From positions 1 through 33,432 of the forward strand of contig DAOSCC010000002.1 in NCBI GenBank assembly GCA_035361135.1: a DNA stretch of 33,432 nt. The letters run 5' to 3'. Positions 1 through 9,927 of this stretch are shown piece after piece. Below the pieces are notes generated by a model that was not told the origin of the DNA, made no database searches, and saw only the letters and a program-made list of their open reading frames with translations. The translations under genes were made by a program, and so were the position numbers. The DNA is from Clostridiales bacterium (GTDB lineage: Bacteria; Bacillota; Clostridia; Acetivibrionales; DTU013). Numbering within the stretch: the stretch's first letter is position 1; the number at the start of each line of letters is the position of its first letter.

Positions 1-63
1 GGTCGAACAGTGGCTTCGGTCACTGATTTAATACAATATTAATTGTACAAGGGTGGTCTGATT

Positions 64-2226
64 ATGAAAAGAAAAGCTGCACTGCTACTATCACTGGTCT
101 TACTGCTGACGATGGTATTTCCTCTTAAAGCCTTTGCCGCGGAAATGGACAAAGGGCTTGAAAATGCCATCAGGACAGCAAAAGCAAAGTTCGCCATACC
201 GGATGACTACAAGTTTTCATCGAGCATATACACCTCACAGTCGAAAACAGTATATGAACTTAGCTGGCGCAGCCAGGATACCGTCGACTCGACAAACATA
301 AACGTATCCGTGGACGATGAGGGCAATATCCTATACTATTACAAGTATTCGCAGAGCGACTACAAGCAAGGCAAGAGGCTGCCTGAACTGAGCAGGGAGG
401 ATGCCAGGGAAAAGGCGGGCCAGTACATAGAGCATATCGCCCCGGGCCTGCTCAGCGAGCTGAAGTACCAGGAAAAGTATTCTGATACTGTAATGGATAT
501 AAATTACTACCTGAGTTATTACAGGGTCGTGAACGGGGTCCCGTATTACAATGACACTGTAAACGTAAGCATTAACAGGGATACGGGCGAACTGAAGAGC
601 TATTCGCGGAACTGGACCGAGGACGTGGAGTTCCCTTCGCGCGAAGGCGTGATATCGCCTGAAGAGGCACAGAAGGCCTACAGAGAGAACATGGGACTCA
701 GGCTGATCTATAGCTGCACCTCAGAGGACGATACGCTCAGGGCGATCCCGCTGTATACCACCGTTTATGATAACTATGCTTTCGTAATCGATGCCTATAC
801 AGGCAAAAAACAGCGCCTCGTATACGATTCGTATGCGGGACCGCAATATCTTGCTGCAGATACGAGCGCACAAAAAACAGCGATACGGATGGCGGCCGAA
901 GAAAGCGTCAGGCTGACTCCTGAAGAAGTGGAGGCCATAGAGGAAGCGTCCGGACTAATCAGCCTGGATGAAGCTGAAAAACTGGCCCGCAGCACGGAAT
1001 TCCTCGGCATTACTGACGCCCATAAATTGGACGGTTACTATCTGAACTCCGGCTGGCCTGACAACAAAAAGTATGTTTGGTCATTGCAGTTCAGAAAGAC
1101 TGCGGAGGATGGCAGTACGACCGACTATATCAGCGTTGCCATAAACGCGAAATCGAAGGAAATAACGAGCTTCTATTCCTACAGCGATACCAAGGTCGAC
1201 GGGAAGCAGCCCATAAAGGATATTGCCGGAGCCAGGGCAGAAGCGGATGCTTTCCTTAAGAAATATTATCCCGGGTATTTTGAACAACTGGAGTATAACA
1301 AAATAAACGAGGAATATCTCAATGACATAAATAGGAAGGAGAGCAACTACACTATCTCGTATACGCGTATTGTGGACGGTGTCCCTTTCCCGGACAACGG
1401 CGTTGCCATCAGCTATGACAATCTGAACGGGAAGATAAGCAGCTTTGATCTTACCTGGTACGACATGGAATTCCCGTCGGTCAAAAACGTGATTGGCCTG
1501 GACGATGCATACAACATCCTGTTTGATAAAATAGGCATTGGACTTGAATACAGGTACCGTTCGAACGTTATGATGCCGTATGCCGCCGAAGGAAAGCAGG
1601 AAAACGCCAGGGCGGCCCTGGTATATGCACTTTCGCCTGGTAAGCCGCTGTATATAGATGCGGAAAACGGCAGGATAGTGTACGGGGACGGGAGCAAATA
1701 TGAAGAGCCGAAGAAGGTCAGCTATACTGACATCAAAGGCCATTTTGCAGAGAAGCAGATAAACGTGCTTGCAGATTTCGGGATCTACCTCGACGGTACT
1801 GAGTTCAGGCCTAATGATGTGATCGTGCAGAAGGATTTCCTGATGCTGCTGGCAAAGACATTAAGCTACTATGGGCCGGTCATAACGGAAAAGAGCACAC
1901 AGAAAGAGATCGATGAGCTTTATGCTTATCTCATGAGGGAAGACATAATCAGGGAAACGGAAAAAGCGCCGAACAGCGCTGTGACCAGGGAAGAAGCAGT
2001 CAAATATATAATAAGGGCTCTGAAATATGACAAAGTAGCCGATATCAAGGGCATATTCAGCGTAAGCTTCAAGGACAGCGGCAGCATCAGCGAGGACCTG
2101 TACGGTTACGTGGCGATAGCCTCAGGCCTTGGGATCGTAAAAGGCGACGGCGTCAACTTCAGTCCGAAGAAAAACACCACCAGGGCGGAAGCTGCAGTCA
2201 TGATCTATAATTATCTCCGCCTGTAA
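64..2226 (+). CDS. Secreted cell-surface protein with signal peptide, repeated PepSY/YcdB-YcdC-like modules and three C-terminal SLH (S-layer homology) repeats
   Basis: ORF 43..2226. ATG at 64 lies 7 nt after the SD-like aagggtgg. MKRKAALLLSLVLLLTMVFPLKAFA is signal-peptide-like. The C-terminal ~170 aa carry SLH-like repeats (FTDIKGHFAEKQINVLADFGI..., ...TREEAVKYIIRAL..., FKDSGSISEDLYGYVAIASGLGIVKGDG...TRAEAAVMIYNYL). The PepSY-like call for the body is weak. Confidence 0.8.
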   Translation: MKRKAALLLSLVLLLTMVFPLKAFAAEMDKGLENAIRTAKAKFAIPDDYKFSSSIYTSQSKTVYELSWRSQDTVDSTNINVSVDDEGNILYYYKYSQSDYKQGKRLPELSREDAREKAGQYIEHIAPGLLSELKYQEKYSDTVMDINYYLSYYRVVNGVPYYNDTVNVSINRDTGELKSYSRNWTEDVEFPSREGVISPEEAQKAYRENMGLRLIYSCTSEDDTLRAIPLYTTVYDNYAFVIDAYTGKKQRLVYDSYAGPQYLAADTSAQKTAIRMAAEESVRLTPEEVEAIEEASGLISLDEAEKLARSTEFLGITDAHKLDGYYLNSGWPDNKKYVWSLQFRKTAEDGSTTDYISVAINAKSKEITSFYSYSDTKVDGKQPIKDIAGARAEADAFLKKYYPGYFEQLEYNKINEEYLNDINRKESNYTISYTRIVDGVPFPDNGVAISYDNLNGKISSFDLTWYDMEFPSVKNVIGLDDAYNILFDKIGIGLEYRYRSNVMMPYAAEGKQENARAALVYALSPGKPLYIDAENGRIVYGDGSKYEEPKKVSYTDIKGHFAEKQINVLADFGIYLDGTEFRPNDVIVQKDFLMLLAKTLSYYGPVITEKSTQKEIDELYAYLMREDIIRETEKAPNSAVTREEAVKYIIRALKYDKVADIKGIFSVSFKDSGSISEDLYGYVAIASGLGIVKGDGVNFSPKKNTTRAEAAVMIYNYLRL

Positions 2227-2309
2227 GACGCACGCACTGCCTGTAAAACACGCGGTAAATACCGGCAGGCCATGGGAACCTGAAACGGATGAAAAATAAG
2301 TATGAAAAG

Positions 2310-2346
2310 AGGGGGCGTTGGACCGGCTTACCGGACAGCGCCCCTT
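2310..2346. terminator. Bidirectional stem-loop between the convergent SLH-protein and yabG genes
   Basis: GGGGCG (2312-2317) pairs with CGCCCC (2339-2344), with an inner CCGGcttaCCGG. An A-rich run precedes it on the + strand, which reads as a T-rich tail (tcttttcatacttattttt) on the - strand right after the yabG stop. Confidence 0.55.
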
Positions 2347-2349
2347 ACT

Positions 2350-3183
2350 TCATCTCCTGCTGGAGACCACATAGTGGCCCCTGGTCTTGATCCCGCCTAT
2401 TCCTTTTAAGCCGGACTGCGTAAGCTTTGCGATCTTTTCGGGAGTGACGAAGACGCGCGAATCTGTCAGCGCCACCCTGTCACCGACTTTTGCAGGATCC
2501 AGCGCATGTATCAGTATCCTGCCCGGTGAACTGGCGAAATTCGCACCGGCTTCCATGATACCTTCAAAGTAGGACTGGCATGCTCCTGCGAAAATGCACA
2601 GTTTGTCAAGGCTGGGTTCATATTTTCTTGCTTCCTGTACTGACCGGATGAAGTAGCGCGAACTTCTGTACCCATCCGGGGAGTTTACACTGAAAGTACC
2701 TTTTTTGAGACCGTCATGTCCTGTAACGATCAGCACATCGGCTCCTGTACTTTTAAGCAGTGTCCTTATGCTGCCGGGCTGTTCGCTTTCCGGGAGCACA
2801 TGGCCATAAGCCTTTATTCTTGCATCCCGGTAGTAATTCATACACATCTCGAGGAAATCCGGACTCGAATCGATATGGAGGATCGTGCCGGGCCTTCCTT
2901 TCGGGCGGAAGGATGTTTTCGTATTGCTGTTAGCGCCGCGGGTGTTGAAAATGTGGTGGATACCGTCCTGCGAAAGCCTGCTTTGGAGCTCTTTCTGCAC
3001 TTCGACCTGGTCCCTGCGCATCAGGTCATACTCGTCGGAATCAGCCATGATCCTGTAGACCAGGCCTCTCAGCACATATACTTTTCTGCCGTTTCTGCCT
3101 ATCGCTATATCTGAAATCCTGAAGTCTATATCGCCGCCGTATGATTTTCTTGTAACGTAATCTCCGATCCTGAACGTATCCAT
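2350..3183 (-). CDS. yabG: Sporulation-specific protease YabG
   Basis: ORF 2350..3198; the internal ATG at 3183 is preceded by gaagggtgg. FRIGDYVTRKSYGGDIDFRI, VLIVTGHDG, CIFAGACQSYFEGIMEAGANFASSPGRILIHALDP and GGIKTRG match B. subtilis YabG as I remember it. Confidence 0.85.
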   Translation of the reverse strand: MDTFRIGDYVTRKSYGGDIDFRISDIAIGRNGRKVYVLRGLVYRIMADSDEYDLMRRDQVEVQKELQSRLSQDGIHHIFNTRGANSNTKTSFRPKGRPGTILHIDSSPDFLEMCMNYYRDARIKAYGHVLPESEQPGSIRTLLKSTGADVLIVTGHDGLKKGTFSVNSPDGYRSSRYFIRSVQEARKYEPSLDKLCIFAGACQSYFEGIMEAGANFASSPGRILIHALDPAKVGDRVALTDSRVFVTPEKIAKLTQSGLKGIGGIKTRGHYVVSSRR

Positions 3184-3294
3184 ATGACCACCCTTCAATT
3201 TACATAAGTCAATACTACATAATATGAAGGGAGGGATACGTTGGTAACTTCTGCGGCCAAAATAATATACCCGGGCATTAAAACCGGTTCGTGC

Positions 3295-3326
3295 ATAAAA
3301 ACGGGAGGTTCTTTGAACCTCCCGTC
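3295..3326 (-). terminator. Rho-independent terminator of the kinase-like gene
   Basis: ACGGGAGGTTC (3301-3311) pairs with GAACCTCCCGT (3316-3326), a perfect 11-bp stem. It is followed on the - strand by TTTTTAT. Confidence 0.75.
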
Positions 3327-3343
3327 AAGCTGCCTTTATACTA

Positions 3344-3898
3344 TTACTGACGGACAGCCGCCATTATTTTTTCCGCCACCTGTTCCGGGGTGAGCGAAGT
3401 CGTATCTATGATCAGGTCGTAGTTGTCCGGGTTGGAACAGTCAACGCCGTATTTCGTGATATATCTCTGGTTTTCGCTTTTTTTCCTTGCCATGAGGCAT
3501 TCCCTGGCGTCCTCGATGCATGCGTATGTCTCGACCCTGCCCCTCTGGTCGTTCATGATCCTTCGCGCGGCTTCGTCAAGATCGACTGTAAGGTATACTT
3601 TGAATGAATCCGGCACGAAGTGCCATGCCATTCTTGAGTCCAGCACCATGTCCTTGTCGAGCCTGCCGATTTTCGTCAGTTCGGTGTCGATCTCTTCATC
3701 TATTTCAGGATGTGTCTCCATGTACTTGTTGAAAGACAGCACATCCATGTTGTATTTTTGCGCGAGGGAGCGCTGGATCTGCCCGGTCGAATAGACGTCG
3801 AGGCCGTACTTTTCCTTAAGATACCGGCAGACTGTGGACTTGCCGCTTCCCAGGTCCCCTGATATCGCGATCTTTATTGCCTTGCCGTTTTCACCCAT
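3344..3898 (-). CDS. Cytidylate kinase-like family protein (P-loop NMP kinase fold)
   Basis: ORF 3344..3907. The second ATG (3898) has better spacing (9 nt) from AAGGAAG. The P-loop IAISGDLGSGKSTV and overall layout resemble the archaeal-type CMP kinase-like family. Confidence 0.75.
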   Translation of the reverse strand: MGENGKAIKIAISGDLGSGKSTVCRYLKEKYGLDVYSTGQIQRSLAQKYNMDVLSFNKYMETHPEIDEEIDTELTKIGRLDKDMVLDSRMAWHFVPDSFKVYLTVDLDEAARRIMNDQRGRVETYACIEDARECLMARKKSENQRYITKYGVDCSNPDNYDLIIDTTSLTPEQVAEKIMAAVRQ

Positions 3899-4265
3899 AA
3901 CTGACATCTTCCTTTACAGCAAATTCTGATATAGCATATTATGAAAATGCTCATAACACAGCGTTGTTTTATAACGCATCATTCATTCATAGAAAGTTTT
4001 TCTGCCTCTGTGCGTTTCAATGAGGCGTAACATTTATTTTTGCCTCGTTATGCGCAACACAGCACATCGAATGCTATCCGTTAAAAGAGATTATACCAGC
4101 AAAACTTCTTTTTTTCTACAAGACGGCCGAAATTTTGATATTTCACCGTATGATGCTTCACTGCAATAAACCGGCTGCTGAAATGCCGACTACTAAAACA
4201 CATAACATGCCGGCCTCTGCAAAACAACCTGGACTGACGGCATCGAAAAGCTGCCGGTTTGCTTT

Positions 4266-6068
4266 CTATCTTATCAGCTTGAACGCCCTGTAGAATACCG
4301 GCTGGAGCGGCACTTCAAAAATGCTTTCGCCATCTTTTTCCTGTATCGGCTCTGCCTCAAAGCCGTTGCGTATATCCCTGAGCTTCCTGACGCCGGCTGC
4401 GTGCAGCCTGACCCGGGTATTTTTGTACATGAACGATTCGATAATGAGAGTATCATTGTCATACAGGAACAACCCGCATTTCCCGTCGCCTTCCATATAG
4501 ATGCCGAGGCTGCTCATGAGGTACTGTCGGATGACAGTTATGACCTCCCTGGGATACTTATAGATGTCCGCATAGTCGTCAGGGGTAGTGAGAACATAGA
4601 TTGTCCCGTTGGCGTACCTGCTCCTCAGCAGCACAGGGAAGTTGTTGTCGTTTTTGCATATCGCTATCAGGCAATCGGCCGAGTTGGTCATGTATTTTAC
4701 GACGGGAAGCAGCACCTCATCCCTGCCATAACATTCGCCTTTGAATACAGAGCCAAAACCGCCTATTAAGTAATCTTTCGCATACACCCTTCCGCCGGTG
4801 ACACGGGCGCATGTAAACGCCTCGATGCCTTTCCCCTGCATCGCTTCGAGGAATCCGGATGTGATACAGATATCGCCGCCCCTGAACAGGTGGTCCTTCA
4901 TCCTGTCCAGGACATTTTCATCCTTTGCGCTGTTGGCAGTGAGCAGTATGAGTTTGTCGGTCTGCGGGAAGCCTGGCATTGGTTCGAATGCGATCCCTGC
5001 TGTGCCAAGATAGTCATACAAATGCTCCTCGCCGTGGGCGTGGTGAGGCTCGTACACGGGCAGTCCGACGGGTTCGCCCATCTCGCCGATGATCTGGTCG
5101 AGTTTTTCAAGTTCGAAACCAAGAGGCGGGATATAAATACTGTCGACTGTCCACGTGTAGCAGAACAGCATCAGTTCACGGCCTTTCGCAAACAGGGTCA
5201 GATGCGCCTGTTCCAGGTAATAGGCGAGATTGTGGATGCCCTGGTGCGGATCTATCCAGCCTCCGCCGTTCTTGCCGGGCCTGATGTTTTCCATCCACCT
5301 CATCAGGGAGTAACTGCCATAGCGGGGCAGATGCTGCGGCGAATGGTCCGTATCCCTTGTCTCGGTGCCGGTATATATCCCGTCGTACATCATCGGCTGC
5401 GTTTCCGTGTTGTAGCCTGTCTCCTGGTATGCTTCATACCAGTTGGGGTACTTAATAATAACATTGCAGTTCGGGTTGACTTTTTTCGCGGGCTTTATGA
5501 CGAGGTTCTCGGAGACTTCCGTCATCAGGTCGAGCCTGAATTGCTCCCAACTCCTGTCGCCTTTTGCTTTTATGCAGGATTCGCAGGTGCAGTTTGAGAA
5601 GAAGAAATCATCAAGTATGAATTCATCAAAAATCGATGCGGTGAATTCCGAGATTTCCTTCATCTTCCTCCTCACGGCTTCGTCCGTGAAGCACATCGTT
5701 GACCAGGTAGTCATGGTCCCTTTTTCCGGCCTGGGCTGTAAAGCTGCGTTTTTTCCTGTTACTGTCCCGCCGCACCCGAATATTCCTGTTTCATCGATGA
5801 GAGGCTTGTTTTTGAAGCTTCTGAAAAGCGTCGTTGTGATGCCTCCCGCCACTTTTATGCCTTTATTCTCGAAAAACCGTTTTACGGTCCTGAGCAGTTC
5901 CTCCGGGGTATCCATGTCATCCCTGTGGGTTTCCAGGTAAACTTTTGAGATTTTCAGGTGTTTCTCCAGAAAGCTGAACTCCTTCTCAAATTCTTCAATG
6001 CCCGTGATGCTTGCAAGGCACCTGGTTGTGAAATAGATCGCTACTCCGAAATTTCTGTAACCGACCAT
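4266..6068 (-). CDS. Uncharacterised 600-aa cytoplasmic protein (no family recognised)
   Basis: Long ORF 4266..6143. The ATG at 6068 lies 8 nt after GGAGG (6077-6081). There is no signal peptide or TM segment. Cys cluster FFFSNCTCESCIKAKG and His-rich YEPHHAHGEEH are present. Composition is protein-like throughout. Confidence 0.7.
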   Translation of the reverse strand: MVGYRNFGVAIYFTTRCLASITGIEEFEKEFSFLEKHLKISKVYLETHRDDMDTPEELLRTVKRFFENKGIKVAGGITTTLFRSFKNKPLIDETGIFGCGGTVTGKNAALQPRPEKGTMTTWSTMCFTDEAVRRKMKEISEFTASIFDEFILDDFFFSNCTCESCIKAKGDRSWEQFRLDLMTEVSENLVIKPAKKVNPNCNVIIKYPNWYEAYQETGYNTETQPMMYDGIYTGTETRDTDHSPQHLPRYGSYSLMRWMENIRPGKNGGGWIDPHQGIHNLAYYLEQAHLTLFAKGRELMLFCYTWTVDSIYIPPLGFELEKLDQIIGEMGEPVGLPVYEPHHAHGEEHLYDYLGTAGIAFEPMPGFPQTDKLILLTANSAKDENVLDRMKDHLFRGGDICITSGFLEAMQGKGIEAFTCARVTGGRVYAKDYLIGGFGSVFKGECYGRDEVLLPVVKYMTNSADCLIAICKNDNNFPVLLRSRYANGTIYVLTTPDDYADIYKYPREVITVIRQYLMSSLGIYMEGDGKCGLFLYDNDTLIIESFMYKNTRVRLHAAGVRKLRDIRNGFEAEPIQEKDGESIFEVPLQPVFYRAFKLIR

Positions 6069-6343
6069 ATGCATGACCTCCAAAATAACATAATCGATTG
6101 CCTGAACGGCTTTATTGCGCCGGTATTGATGCTTGCCGGCCAATAGCCCCGGACGGTGATCAGGTGTGATTTGGCCGCCGCTAATAAAAAATTAACAGTT
6201 GTCAATAATATTATAACCCAGCTTTCGCCTGTTGGATTGTCAGCAATTGCCCTGGTGTTCTCAAAAATTGCAGTAATTCGATAGGAATTGTTATTGCCGT
6301 TGGCTTTGTGGTAAGTATGACGTAAAAGTCTCTTTTTGAAAGG

Positions 6344-7342
6344 GTGAATGGATTGAGGTACCTTGATATTAAAATACCCGGATCCGTCGATACATGCAAG
6401 GATATGCTGCGGGTCTCGAAAATCGCTCTCGGTACGGACCATTTCGGGACAACTGTAAGTGAGGAGGATGCTTTCCGACTGATGGACATATTTCAAGACG
6501 CGGGAGGCAACTGCATTGATACAGCAAGGGTCTATGGATCCTGGATACCCGGCGGGGATGGAGCCAGCGAGAAGACTGTCGGGAAATGGATGAAATCGAG
6601 GAAGAACAGGAACAGCATCGTACTGTCTACAAAAGGCGGCCATCCGGACCTCGACAATATGAGCAAAGGGAGGCTTTCAAAAAAGGAACTTGAGAGCGAT
6701 CTCGACGAGAGCCTTAAGGCCCTCGGAACCGATCATATCGATATATACTGGCTGCACAGGGACGATGTATCGCGCCCGGTTGAAGACATTATGGAAACGC
6801 TTAATGCTTTCATATCCAAAGGGAAAATACGTGCCATAGGCTGTTCAAACTGGAAGGCGGGAAGGATCGAAGAAGCGAACCGCGCCGCTGCCGTGGACGG
6901 GACCGATGCGTTCTGCGCCAGCCAGATCCAGTGGAGCCTTGCAGCGACAACGCCTGAACTCCTGGGAGATCCTACACTTGTCTGCATGGACGGTTTCGAA
7001 TACGCATGGTACCTGGATAATGGTTTCCCTGTGTTTGCTTACTCGTCGCAGGCAAAGGGATTTTTCTCCAAGGCGGCCGTGATGGGTGCGGAGAGCCTGA
7101 GCGGCAAAGCATCGGCAAGATTCGCCCTGCCGGAGAATTTTGAAAGGCTGGATCGTGTGACTGAATATGCAAATCGGAGCGGACTGACGCCGACAGCCGT
7201 TGCCCTGGCGTATATCACCTGCAACAAGGTGCCTGCGGTCGCCATCGTGGGGTGCAAAAAGGAAGAGCACCTGCTCGATTCATTGTCGGCAGCGGATGTT
7301 GAAATCCCTGCTGCTGATGCCGACTGGCTATATAAAGGGTGA
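6344..7342 (+). CDS. Aldo/keto reductase family oxidoreductase
   Basis: ALGTDHFG...DAGGNCIDTARVYG, HIDIYWLHRDD, IRAIGCSNW and the length fit the AKR family. The start is uncertain: GTG 6344 or ATG 6404. Confidence 0.85.
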   Translation: MNGLRYLDIKIPGSVDTCKDMLRVSKIALGTDHFGTTVSEEDAFRLMDIFQDAGGNCIDTARVYGSWIPGGDGASEKTVGKWMKSRKNRNSIVLSTKGGHPDLDNMSKGRLSKKELESDLDESLKALGTDHIDIYWLHRDDVSRPVEDIMETLNAFISKGKIRAIGCSNWKAGRIEEANRAAAVDGTDAFCASQIQWSLAATTPELLGDPTLVCMDGFEYAWYLDNGFPVFAYSSQAKGFFSKAAVMGAESLSGKASARFALPENFERLDRVTEYANRSGLTPTAVALAYITCNKVPAVAIVGCKKEEHLLDSLSAADVEIPAADADWLYKG

Positions 7343-7393
7343 AAAACAGGGTTATTGGTGGAACGGGGAGGGCAAACCCCGGTCAGCCAGGAT

Positions 7394-9094
7394 TCAGCCC
7401 TGTGAAATGATTTCATCGACAACAGCGGGGACTTCGTCAAGCTTCACGATTTTCTTCATTTTTTTATCCCTTGTCGAGATCTCCGCTTCGCCGTTTTCAA
7501 CATTGCGTGCGCTTACGATAACCCTGACAGGCACGCCAAGCAGGTCTGCGTCGGCAAACATGATGCCTGCCGTAACGTTGCGGTCATCGAGCAGCACTTC
7601 ATACCTGCGCCCAAGTTCTTCATACAATTTGTAACCGGCATTGCGTACGTCCTCATTGGAGCTGTTCAGCATGCATATGTGTATCTGCCAGGGAGCCACA
7701 GCCATCGGCCAGATTGGGCCATAATCGTCATGGCTGGCTTCTATGATGCTTGCGAGCAGCCTTCCGACACCTATGCCGTAACAGCCCATAATTGGATACT
7801 TTTGTTTCCCGTCGGAATCTGTAAAGGTCATGTTCATGCTTTCGGTATACCTGGTACCTAGCTGGAAGATATTGCCCACTTCGATGCCCCGTTTCAGCGT
7901 CAGTCTGCCGCCGCATTTCACACAGGCATCACCTTCCCTGGCTTTGGCAACATCGACGAACCTGGCGGGCCTGACATCCCTTGGTATGCTGATCCCCTTT
8001 ATATGATGGTCCGGCTTGTTGGCTCCTCCGATAAGATATGTCTCGTTTTCAAGCGAAGCATCGTACAGAATATCGGCTTTTGCACTGTCAAGACCAATGG
8101 CGCCGATATAACCGAAACAGAGGTCTGCGTCTTCGTGATCCGTGAGCGGGAATACTTCCGCGCCTACTATGTTCCTCAGCTTGGCCTCGTTGACCTGCAG
8201 ATCGCCGCGTATGAATACGACCAGCGGTTTTCTTCTGCCTTGCACTGCAAACACTGCAGCCTTCATCAGCCTTTCCGGAGTCGTGTCCAGGAATGCGGCC
8301 AGCGAATCGATATCTTCTATGCCGGGCGTATATACTCCCTCGAGAGGCTGTTCCTCCGCCGGCGTATGACTGATACGGGATACGGCCACTTCTGAATTGG
8401 CTTTGTAATCGCAATTTTCACAAACGACTATGGTATCTTCCCCTGCTTCAGTAAGGAGCATGAACTCGTGGGAGATCTTCCCTCCCATCATGCCGCTGTC
8501 CGAGCTTACCGCCACCACCTGGGGAAGGCCGACACGCCTGAAGATCCTGTGGTAAGCTTCCAGGACCACCTGGTAGTAGCGTTCCAGGTCTTCCTGCGAG
8601 GTGTGGAACGAGTACGCGTCTTTCATCGTGAACTCGCGTACCCTTATCAGGCCGCCCCTGGATCTCGGCTCGTCCCTGAATTTCGTCTGTATCTGGTATA
8701 TCATGAAGGGATATTTCGTCCAGGATCTTGCCTCGGTCCTTGCAAGGTGGACCGCCGCCTCTTCATGGGTCATGCCCAGCAGCATGCCGTGGCCTGTCCT
8801 GTCCTTGAACCTGACAAGCTCGCTCCCGACGCAGTCATAGCGGCCTGACTCCTTCCAGAGTTCATAGGGGAGCACGACCGGGAACAGGACTTCCTGCCCG
8901 CCTATATTGTCCATTTCCTCGCGGATGATCGCTTCAATTTTAGCGGCTATCCTCTTCGCAGGCAAAAGCATCGAGTAGATGCCGTTGGACACCTGCCTTA
9001 CATACCCGCCGCGCAGCAGGAAAATATGGCTCGCCAGCGTGGCATCAGCCGGTTTCTCCCTGAACCTTTCGCCGAGAAGTTTGCTTAACAGCAT
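7394..9094 (-). CDS. proS: Proline--tRNA ligase, bacterial type with editing insertion
   Basis: 566 aa. MLLSKLLGERFREKPADA...FLLRGGYVRQVSNGIYSMLP, class II motifs and a central INS-like domain are typical ProS. Confidence 0.95.
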   Translation of the reverse strand: MLLSKLLGERFREKPADATLASHIFLLRGGYVRQVSNGIYSMLLPAKRIAAKIEAIIREEMDNIGGQEVLFPVVLPYELWKESGRYDCVGSELVRFKDRTGHGMLLGMTHEEAAVHLARTEARSWTKYPFMIYQIQTKFRDEPRSRGGLIRVREFTMKDAYSFHTSQEDLERYYQVVLEAYHRIFRRVGLPQVVAVSSDSGMMGGKISHEFMLLTEAGEDTIVVCENCDYKANSEVAVSRISHTPAEEQPLEGVYTPGIEDIDSLAAFLDTTPERLMKAAVFAVQGRRKPLVVFIRGDLQVNEAKLRNIVGAEVFPLTDHEDADLCFGYIGAIGLDSAKADILYDASLENETYLIGGANKPDHHIKGISIPRDVRPARFVDVAKAREGDACVKCGGRLTLKRGIEVGNIFQLGTRYTESMNMTFTDSDGKQKYPIMGCYGIGVGRLLASIIEASHDDYGPIWPMAVAPWQIHICMLNSSNEDVRNAGYKLYEELGRRYEVLLDDRNVTAGIMFADADLLGVPVRVIVSARNVENGEAEISTRDKKMKKIVKLDEVPAVVDEIISQG

Positions 9095-9337
9095 GCTTAT
9101 CAGATCCTTCCCCCGTGATACTTAAATTTGTATAAGTTTAGCAAACAGCGGGCATTATTGTCAAGGAATGCAGGTTTCAGGTATGGTATGATTATGCGGG
9201 TCTGCCGAAAATGACTTTTACAAAAGCCGCCCGGATGTGATCAGCCCCTCGAAAAAAGCTGTCGCAGGAGCGAAAATGATTCCGGATTTTCTTGTGATTA
9301 CCATAATTATCTTGATATAATATAATAGGGTGGTCAT

Positions 9338-9703
9338 ATGGCAGAACCTCAGAGAAGATTCGTGGAGAGGCGCAAAGGTCCGGATGCGGTAGTCAAAGCC
9401 GTATGGTGGACGGCCGGAATAAGCTGGCTGCTCTTCATAGCTGCGCTTATTTTTGTAGAGACAGCCCGGCCTGAGATCGAAACATTCTTTGATTGTCAGT
9501 TCGACATATCGATAAGGAACTATTGGGACGATAATGCCCTTCTTTACATGTTCGTCATCCTGGTGCTGAATTTTGCCGTCTGCACCATCGGTTTCATATT
9601 CAACCTGGCAAGGCACAAAAGGAAGACGGACCGTTTCAACAAGTCCATATTGATCCTTGGGGCCCTGTCATTGGCCGGCATATTATGGTACATTTTCCGT
9701 TGA
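9338..9703 (+). CDS. Small integral membrane protein (about 3 TM segments), unknown function
   Basis: ATG follows agggtgg. Hydrophobic segments are WWTAGISWLLFIAALIFV, LLYMFVILVLNFAVCTIGFIF and ILILGALSLAGILWYIF. Confidence 0.6.
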   Translation: MAEPQRRFVERRKGPDAVVKAVWWTAGISWLLFIAALIFVETARPEIETFFDCQFDISIRNYWDDNALLYMFVILVLNFAVCTIGFIFNLARHKRKTDRFNKSILILGALSLAGILWYIFR

Positions 9704-9927
9704 GAGCCGTCTGCATTTGACGGTGGTTCCGCGTCGGAGCGTGTTTCTGGAAGAGCATATAATCAGAATATATTCATCCGGGAGTGTACGATAGAGATAC
9801 ATATATGAGTGTACGCTCTATTTGCATATCGGGTTTACAAATCGTGAAACTTATCGCCAACAAAATATGTCTAAAAGACAAAATATGTATGCATCGCAAA
9901 AATGCAAACGTGCAAAAGGAAATGCAT

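Noticed and set aside
6041-6643. A 200-aa minus-strand ORF across the divergent promoter region and the AKR 5' end.
   Set aside because: It overlaps the starts of both credible genes and has no recognisable features.
9095-9337. An expected T-box leader in front of proS.
   Set aside because: I searched the minus strand of the 243-nt spacer for the GGGTGGTACCGCG-type core and an AGAGA/terminator arrangement, and none is present.
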